Assembly (NCBI GenBank): GCA_002104905.1
Contig: MCFE01000490.1
Span: 3,042-67,041 of the forward strand
Source: Basidiobolus meristosporus CBS 931.73
Taxonomy: Eukaryota; Fungi; Basidiobolomycota
Direction: 5' to 3'
Length of the DNA stretch: 64,000 bases
The notes below the pieces were generated by a model. The model was not told where the DNA came from and made no database searches. It worked only from the letters and a program-made list of their open reading frames with translations. Below, one piece after another: positions 55,251-64,000 of this stretch (its first letter is position 1; every line of letters starts with the position of its first letter). A program made the translations under genes and the position numbers.

Positions 55251-55620
55251 CTGTAGGCTGCCATACTGCTATAATAATGACATCAGTGACTTGCAATGAG
55301 GCTGTCAAAATACCATCAAGTTCTTTGCCATATAAATCAATAGGATACACTGGCTGGTTATATGCAGTTAAAATAGTTGTTGAGCGCATTATGACTGCAA
55401 CAATGCCATGCAATTATCTACACAGCACCAATCAAACCCTGTGAAGTTTTATAGTTTTATTTGGCCGTAAAATTGGCAAAAGCACCATTGTGATCCCTTC
55501 ATATGATTTTCAAGAGGGTCACTAATTCCAAGCTGCTGATACTATGATGGTCTCCAAATGGGATCCTGATAGCTGATCCAGATTGGATCCACCTACAGGA
55601 CCAAGTTACTTTTCATAGGG

Positions 55621-57385
55621 AAACTGTCTGGAAATCAGTCAAAGTTTGAGCCAAAAAGTGTAGAATGCATATATTGGGTTTACTGCAATGAGAGTAAGGA
55701 ATACATACTCTATAATGCCAAAGTAAAGAAGCTGATCAATTCCAGGGATGTGTTGTTTAATGAAAACTGATAACTCCCACAAAATATGACACAAGATAAT
55801 GATAAAAATCTGATCTCAAGTCCACCAGTTTTAAGGACTGAATAAGAGAAAAACAATGAGACATTTTCACTCCAGAGGACTCTGTAACCATGGTTAAGCC
55901 TGAATCAATGCCCAGGAATATTCCTGAAGTGACTATTTCAGTATCGGAAGCCAGGAGATCTAACTGGACCAGAAATAGCCCAAATTACTCTATCAATGTG
56001 GGTACAAACTTAGCCCATGCCTATTCTGTCCGTATTGATGAGCTCTACACTGTAACAGTGGCCCTAAATATGCCCTTAAATAAGGTTGTGCAAATCTGCA
56101 ATCACTGAGGAGTATCAGGTCCTGATGGGAAATCAAATTGGGGACTTAGTCAAGTTACCAACCAACCAGAAGTCAATTCAATGCAGATGGGCCTTCAAGA
56201 CACAAAACAAGTCTGATAGCACAATAGAAAGATGCAAAGCATGACTTGTACCCAAAAGAAGCTCTCCAACAAAAGGACCTGACTATATTTAGACCTTTGC
56301 ATTGATAGCTAAGTTTATTTCCATCAGATCATTATTGAATACTGGAGCCAAATATGAGTTTATAAAGATAAATGCATCTAAAAGCTGCATTTTTGAATAG
56401 AGAGCCTGATGAGGATATGTTTTGGACCAGCCTGATGGATTTCTTGACCAAGATAACCCCTATCTGGTCTGTAAGCTTAAAAAATCTTTATAAGGACTCA
56501 GACAATCACAAAGAGCCTAGAATTGCAAGATAGATTATATTTTGGGATCTGTGAGTATCAAAAGCAGTAGTGCTGATGATAGTATATACTACAAGCCAGA
56601 TAGAGCAAATCAGGTTCTATTAGCTCTGTATGTGGATAATCTCACATTAACCTCCAGTAACCCAGAAAAGTTGGAAGAGACTAAGTTCAGCCTATCTAGG
56701 GAGTTCAAGATGTAAAATCTAGGAAAACTCAGTCACTACATGGGGATGAAGTTGTCTGTAGACAGAAGTACCCAGACTATGACCTTAAGCCAATCCAAGT
56801 ATATCAAGATATACTAATTAAGTACTATACGGAAGACTGTATACTGGCCACTACCCTAATGAAGTCAAACTTTAGCTTTGTCAAACTGAACCAAATAAAG
56901 AGAGCTCAGTGCCATCTCAAAGCCCTGACTTTTCTCATCAATTTACGGTGGGCAGTCTAATGTATATCATGATTGGAACATATCTAGATGTCTCATATTC
57001 AGTGGGAGCTGTCAGTCAGCATAATTAGAACTATGGTTCTGATCATGTTGCAGCAGTTAAGTGGATTTTTAGATACCTAAAAGGAACTGCTAATATCTGA
57101 CTAAGAGACACCTATAAGGATTCAGAATATGATCTTGGGGGATCCTCTGATGTTGATTGGGGACAAAACTTAGAAGACAGAAGATCCACCTCAGGATATA
57201 CCTTTCTTCACTGCAAAGGGGTAACTTCATGGAACTCAAGAAAGCAACCAACCAGAGTACTTTCTACCACATGGGCAGAGTATATGGTAGCTTGTGGGGC
57301 ATAAAAGAAGCAATGTTGTTAAGGAAGCTTTTCTGAGTGCATTAACTTTTATGTACTCTCCTAGGACTTCTACAAGCACTAGACC
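55621..57385 (+). mobile_element. Ty1/copia element, 3' half (integrase C-terminus, RT, RNase H), pseudogenised
   Basis: SKFEPKSVECIYW...INSRDVLFNE, RT QCRWAFK and LALYVDNL, RNase H SDVDWG...DRRSTSGY...SWNSRKQ...AEY. Continues the 42005-43296 half. Confidence 0.88.
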
Positions 57386-57390
57386 AATTT

Positions 57391-57739
57391 TGGTAGTAAA
57401 AATTTGTAATTGCACCTGAATATTCACCTAACTTAGTCACTAAGATCATTACCTCTAAATCCTAGAAAATACTGACCAAATTCCTTGCTGGGATTCACTT
57501 TGAATATTTTCATCAATATACTAGGTACCCAGAACATGAAAATTAGATAAGTTGACCAAGCAACCTCAGACTTGGCATACATGTTTTTGGGACCTCCCTA
57601 AGCCTATTCTACATGATTGCTATACCAACACCATGTAAAAGTATATATGCTACTTTTACATTCAATTAATCATGAAGTGAAAACCACATAATCTACTTGT
57701 TCTCTTAATCATTCCAATATCTCCAAGACCCTATCAACA
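57391..57739. repeat. LTR family W copy (reverse orientation to 48530-48878)
   Basis: Reverse complement aligns with 48530-48878 and ends ...ATCAACA. No TSD seen. Confidence 0.82.
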
Positions 57740-58219
57740 GTGCCAACAGTATCTTGCTGACCACATAATACTTGTATAACCAAACCTAACTGCACTTGCC
57801 ACCTTGTGCAAGCTGAGTGAGGTAAGTTTCTAATGCCTTTAGGCTTGCCACAGTCTACTTAATATGGCCAGCAGAATAATAGCATTTATTAAGAAAGCTC
57901 TGTTGAAATATTGGACTATTTGGTATCATTCTGCAGCTAAAAATTTACTTAAAAATTCTGGACTAGAATTGGTTACTGTGGGACTAATTTACAGCTCTAA
58001 ATTTGCCACTTTCTTCAGATCTAAGATCTTATGATTATTCCCCTATAGTCAGGATCAAATTAGCACTAATACTAACTATTATGTACTAGCCCTGAAATTG
58101 TTACTGAATGCTCCCAAATACTGAGAAACCCTCCTTACTTAGTGTTACAGTTGTATCACTTCTACAAAGGTATAAATACTGAGCTTCTTTATTAATAAAC
58201 AACAATTCAACCATTATTG

Positions 58220-60592
58220 CTCTATGAAAAATAATTTGGTCCTACGGGTGGAACCAATCCAGATCATCTGTCAAGATCCCCTTCAGAGACCGTCATAATA
58301 ACAGCAGCTTGGAATTAGTGACCCTCCCGATGATCTTATAACAAGATCATGACGGTGTTGTGCAAATTTTGCAGCCAAATACAGGGATAAAACTTGACAA
58401 TTTTTGATCAGTGCTGTGACAATATTTGCATATTATTGTTGCAGTCTTTCAGCACTCTATTACTACTTTAAGCAGATCCAGTTGGCCAGGACTTCCAATT
58501 GCCTTATATGGCAAGAAACCTGACAGTATTTTGACAGGCTCACAGCAAGACTCCAATGGCTTTTTCTTGGTAGTATGACGGCCTGCCGCTGGTTCTGTAT
58601 AATGCTACCATACCAATTTACCAAATGGTATTTTTTTTTTCTATCTCCCCTTTTGCAATTGATATATTCCACGGTCAAATCACCTTTCTTTTTTTGCTTA
58701 CCCACTACTACCTGGGGTATTCCACATATAGTTTGAATCAAAAAAAGCTATGGCCTCCTGCTTACTAACCTCTACAAACGCGCACACCTGCCTCAATTGA
58801 CATACTTCTATCACCTCAACTTTAGGGCTTTTTAGTGTGATACTTGCAAAGTTGCCATGTACCTTGTACTGCTGGTAGCATATACATCTTGCAAACATAT
58901 GCTTGGTTGTTGCCACTTCTGCCATGAATACCTTCTGAATATTGGCAAAGAACTTCTTGGTATTTAGCCAATATATTCCTTCTCCCAGCTGGATTCTAGT
59001 GCCCCTATAGGTGTGCTCTGGCTTTTGTTTGTGTGAATTCCATATTGAATGGTGTAGAAGTTGGCTTGTGACCACAAGAAATCCAGCATATCTTGGTGGA
59101 GTTTTCCTGATAAAAGTTAGTTGCTTGTTGCACCCAACCCAACTTTGCATTACTTAACTGATTACCCACGCATTGGGACTGCTTAGCTTCTTAATGCCAT
59201 AGGCATAGGTGTCTCCATGTGCACATTTGTCCTCAGTATTTTCCAACTCTTTCTGGCTGTCCTCCATGAGCCAACTAATTACATCCATGACAGACTTGAA
59301 GGTAATATTCTTGATGAGATTGGGATATGGTGGTACCTGCAACTTGACTTGTCTTCCTATCTCCCCACACATACGCTCCATAGGAAACTCCCAAAAGGTG
59401 AAGCCAGGCCCAATATTCTCCACACACCGTGCAAGAAGGAGTAGAGAATGGATACAGTAGTGGCAGAGATATACACATTCAGCTTTATGTTTGTAGTATA
59501 GCCGCTCAAATCCCGTCACAAACTCCTTGCACAACAGCTGTAGATTTGTCAAGTTGGCATTGGTGATCTGCTTCTGGATACATATTCCTACAATGTCCAC
59601 ATATGACTCCAAATGCTTCCAATGTACTCTTGGTAGGAATGGCTTCAGAACACCACTTGAATAAATACATATCTAGTTCATCTAGTCTTTGCATTTGTAT
59701 TGTCACATGTGTATATAAATATTAATTAGAGCCTGTGAGAAGTACTTAAGGTAGCGGATACTCTGTAATATCTTGCCAATTTTTTCAAATTTCTCTGGTA
59801 TCTCAAAGGGCTCATTTAGCTTGAAATGCCCCATGTACAACTTGGTCATCAGTATAAGGATATTGTTGAAAAGCAAATGCATTGCTCCCAGTGGAAAGCT
59901 TTTGCTCCAACAGATACCCTTAATCCTAAGTATCTCCGGTTTCCAATTGATTCCATATTCCAGCCAATGGCTTATAGCTTGCCAACTTTGCTGCAATTGC
60001 ATGCTTACTTCTGTACATTCTCTCTGTGGAAAGATGATGTTCTTAGTGCTGGTGTTTGGGTAATAATAATGTATGTGAGTTACAGAGTAAATCCCCTGGA
60101 TCTCACACATTTGACAGTAATAACATCCATTGTGCCCGGAAAAACATGCTATCTTGCTGATGGCTGGGGAATCTCCAATGCAGATAATAATATGCGCTTT
60201 TACATGATAGCCATTTACCATTATCCCGCTGGAAAGCATATGAAATTCATTCAGCAATGGATACAGGTAGCTATCCAGGTTGGACAGTAATTTAGGCCCA
60301 GATACCAGTGAGACTACCATCAGATTATTGCTCTGATACTGTAAGATGGGCGGCAGATTCAGATTGATGAGAATCAGTGGCCAGCAGGATTTGTTGGTAG
60401 AGTACTTGTTTAATGAGAATTCATCAGGTACTAAAGCAAAGGCATGGTCATACATACCTTCAAAGTAGCCCTTGCTTCTTAGCTGTTTGTAATGTTTGCC
60501 ATCAAATATATCAGATATGTTTGCGCTTGATTGATACTGAGTGCAGTACTGTATAGCTTTGCAATATTTGTTGGACTGCATCAGCTTCCTCA
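58220..60592 (-). mobile_element. CACTA/CMC transposon copy B: right terminus and transposase, cut by a gypsy insertion at 60593
   Basis: Terminus CTCTATGAAAAATAATTTGGTCC at 58220. ORFs 59703-60593, 59154-59612 and 58698-59150 are collinear with the copy A transposase (SCWPLILINLNLPP, FWEFPMERMCG). Confidence 0.88.
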
Positions 60593-60960
60593 TGTTATGA
60601 TCTGCTGCTTGAATGTTTAAGTTAGATCAGTTTTTAGTCAAATCAATTAGTATATGTTTAGGTTATCAGTATATCAGTATTATCTATGAAATCAGTAGCA
60701 TTAGTCAGCAAATGAATCAGCAGATCCTTATCAGACAGAAATAGATATATTAAGTAGGATCTTATTGGGTGATGATGATGCAATCAAATGAGTCATCAGC
60801 CACAACCTACATTAGGAAATACAATTAGTCAGCAATTGATCTGGCAAAATGTATATAAGGAGCTACTGGAACCTCAATAAAAATCAGTTCAAGTTTTAGT
60901 GAATACAATACTAGCTAAACTCCCTATTCCTCTACCACTCTTATACCCAGACTTGTAACA
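60593..60960 (+). repeat. 5' LTR of gypsy element V (368 bp)
   Basis: TGTTATGA...TGTAACA termini. Starts exactly where transposase B homology stops and is followed by the PBS-like site. Confidence 0.8.
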
Positions 60961-63900
60961 TTGGTAGCAGCAATAACCAGAAACCTCCCTCCTGAAGGAA
61001 AGAAGAAACCACCCTCAAGATGTTGGACAATCAAGAATGGAAGAATGCCATGCAGCAAATCCTGGCCCAACAGCAACAGCTACTACAGATCCTCAGCCAA
61101 CAGCAACAAGGAATGACTGCCATGGCTCAGAGCCAACAAAGCCCTGTCAAGAGCAACTTTAGTGTGAAGGTCAACAGGTACTATGGCAGAGTCAATGAAA
61201 ACCTGGGAACTTGGCTCTTTCAGATTGAAGAAGCTTTTAAAGCTAAAGGAATTGCTCCAGAGAGCAAGTTGCATTATGCAGCTTCTTACCTGGCAGATGC
61301 AGCTTTACAGTGGTACCACAACAAGATCAGGTCAGCCACCATGATGGGATGCTCTACAATCTCTACCTGGGATGAGTTTGTGTTGGAAATTCAGGAAGCT
61401 TTTGAACCTCCACACCAGCAGACACTACTAAGAAGGAAGTTAAAGACACTCAGACAGAAAGGAATGGTGCAAGAATACATCTATGAGTACAGATGTCTAC
61501 TTGGACAAATTGAATGAATGGACCCCTTGGATCAAGTTGAATACTTTATTGATGGGTTGAAAGAAAGAACTTGCAAGGAAGTCAATTACCAAAGACCTCA
61601 GACTATTGAAGAAGCCATCAAGATTGCCATTGACTATAACTCAGCTATGTTTGGAGTTGGGAAGCCTACAGTGACTAATCAGAAAGGCTATAATCATTAT
61701 GATAGAAGACAATCAGAAGCAGTACCAATGGAAATAGACGCTATGCAGAAGAATCCCTCCTCAGAAGAATGCAAGAAGAGAAGACTTTGCTTCAATTGCC
61801 ACCAACAGGGACATATTGCAAAGTACTGCCCTCAGAAAAGAAATGGACGCCAGCCAACAAGAACCTTCAACCATATTGAGTCCCATGAACACAGTAATGT
61901 GGAAGATGAGCTTGAAGAAGACTCGGAACTCACCTTCCATATGACAGAAGAGTACTTGTCCCAAATGACTTCAAACTCAGGGAAGTTATTGTACTTGAAT
62001 GGAGTAATCAATGGAGTACCTGCCAAGATCATGATTGACTCAGGAGCATCGCATGAGTACATGTCAGAGCAATTTGCTTTGAAAGCTGGAATCAACTTGG
62101 AACCTACCAAATCAACTTCAGTCACCACAGCTGATGGGAACTCTCACATAATCAACCGTATTACCCAGCCAGTAAGAATGAAGATCAATGACTATGAAGA
62201 GGACCTACAGGCTTATATATTTGGGAACTGCAAGTTTGACCTTGTACTTGGAAAAACCTGGCTATTTTGTCGTAATCCATCAATCAACTGGAGAACCCAT
62301 GCTACTCAGATCCAAAAAGACAACAAGACCTATGAGATATTACCTGCCAGGCTGGATTTCAACTTGGTCAATTCCAGTGTGTGTGAGACAAGTTAACTTA
62401 GCAAGACCCAGTTCTGTAGAGCACTTAGAAAAGGTACCGAGATGTTCCTCATGGCAGTATTACAGGAGGATTCCTCTACCCCAGCACCCCAGCAGGTCCA
62501 GACTCTCTTGAAGAAATATCCAGACGTGTTTCCAGATGAGCTTGTAAGTCTACCACCAGTCAGAGACGTGGATCATGCCATTGACACAGGAGATAGCCCT
62601 CCAGTGAGCAAGACACCTTACAGAATGAGTCCATTGGAATTGGAGGAAATGAAGAGACAAATTGATCAGCTATTGGAGCAAGGATACATCAGGCCCAGCA
62701 AGTCACCTTGGGGAGCACCAGTGCTTTTTGTGAAAAAGAAGGATGGAACACTTAGAATGTGCATTGACTACAGAGCCCTGAACTCAGTCACCGTCAAGAA
62801 TAAGTACCCCATACCTTGGATTGATGAGCTTTTAGACCAACTTAATGGAGCCACTATTTTCAGCAAGATTGACCTCATGTCAGGATACAACCAGATTAGG
62901 GTGAAACCAGAAGATATCCCTAAGACAGCATTCAGGACCAGATATGGACATTACAAGTACTTAGTCATGAGTTTTGGCCTCACCAATGCCCCTGCAACAT
63001 TCATGACGCTGATGCAGACTGTCTTTCAGGAGTACTTAGACAAGTTTGTGATAATCTACCTGGATGACATATTGATATACAGCAAGACAGAAGAGGATCA
63101 CGTAGTGCACATTGAAAAGGTCTTGAAGAAACTAAGAGAGTACAAGCTATATGGCAAGCTAGCCAAGTGTGAATTCTTCAAGGAGCACGTTGAATACCTG
63201 GGACACATAGTGACTAGCACAGGAGTAACCTTAGACCCAAAGAAGGTGGAAGTAATCAAGAATTTGAGGCAGCCCCATAGCATATCAGAACTCAGATCAT
63301 TCCTTGGAATGGTTTCCTATTATTGGAGATTTGTCAAGTCTTTTGCAAGTATTGCAGCCCCTTTAACTGATATCCTCAAGAAAGACAATACCTACAAGTG
63401 GGACATAGCTTGTGAGACTGCCTTCCAAACGCTCAAGAATGAACTTGCTAAGCTGCCAAGCCTAAGAATACCAGACTTCAGAAAAGAGTTCACTCTGTGC
63501 ACAGATGCTTCAGATTATGCAATTGGTGGAGTGCTGAGCCAAGAACACAAGGGAAAGGACTACCCTGTTGCCTTTGAATCCAAGAAACTGAACTCAGCAA
63601 AACAAAACTATCCAGTCCATGAGAAGGAGATGCTTGCTATAATACACTGTTTGAAGACATGGAGATGCTATATTGAAGGAGTCAAATGCACTGTGAAGAC
63701 TGATCATGCCTCCCTCAAGTATATATTTACTCAGAAGGTACTCTCTAGAAGAATGACAAGATGGAGTGAATACATTCAGCAATTTGACCTGGAGATTGTC
63801 TACTGTCCTGGAAAAAACAACACGGTGGCTGATGCCTTATCAAGATTAGATCAAGTTGCACAACTCAACTTGGTGCATGAATCAGATTGGCCTAGCCTAT

Positions 63901-64000
63901 TACCAAAGTACTTGGAGGACCAAGCCATTCCTAATGAGGTGGATGAAGATATTAAGAAGATAATCTGTGATGAAGCCAGCAAATTTGTTGTACAGATGAA
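60593..64000 (+). mobile_element. Ty3/gypsy LTR retrotransposon V, 5' part (runs off the window)
   Basis: LTR followed by PBS-like TTGGTAGCAG. Gag from 61020 with CFNCHQQGHIAKYC, protease [24 protein letters not shown] and YLDDILIYS, RNase [10 protein letters not shown]...EKEMLAI. In-frame stops at 61515 and 62394. Confidence 0.95.

Larger units (their letters stand above)
43297..55620 (+). mobile_element. CACTA/CMC (tnp2/Transposase_21-type) DNA transposon copy A, both termini present, 12.3 kb including nested retroelements
   Basis: Imperfect TIRs CCCTATGGGAAATTATT (43297) and AAGTTACTTTTCATAGGG (ends 55620). Flanks AGA/AAA fit a 3-bp TSD with one change. Decayed transposase lies at ~52900-55250. 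Confidence 0.85.

Noticed and set aside
57740-58219. AT-rich stretch with loose ACTAAT/ACTA repeats between LTR W and CMC copy B
   Set aside because: No periodic unit or coding remnant that I could define.

Overview
Eukaryotic, fungal-type genomic DNA in two sharply different halves. The short GT-AG introns and the gene set (including C2CD5) suggest an early-diverging fungus; Basidiobolus-like is my inference only. (1) About 0.7-33 kb is gene-dense and CpG-rich. It holds a secreted bacterial-type solute-binding protein, an orphan 7TM protein, a secreted SMP-30/gluconolactonase, ERO1, calcipressin, GDE1, a C2CD5 homologue, an ArfGAP-UBA protein, IRE1 and EFR3. It ends with an intronless ~640-aa orphan carrying a candidate Cys-His-Asp triad, plus a decayed tandem copy of that gene. 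(2) From about 35.2 kb to the end is a CpG-depleted nest of transposons. These are four copies or fragments of a CACTA/CMC-type (tnp2) DNA transposon with CCCTATG-like termini, a Ty1/copia split by a 12.3 kb insertion, two Ty3/gypsy elements and several solo LTRs with target-site duplications. The most interesting leads are the orphan putative thiol enzyme and its duplicate, an extra unexplained ORF inside a gypsy element, a divergent accessory ORF conserved in the CMC elements, and the abrupt CpG-decay boundary. All calls were made by eye, with no database searches. Exon boundaries and the edges of degraded elements are approximate.
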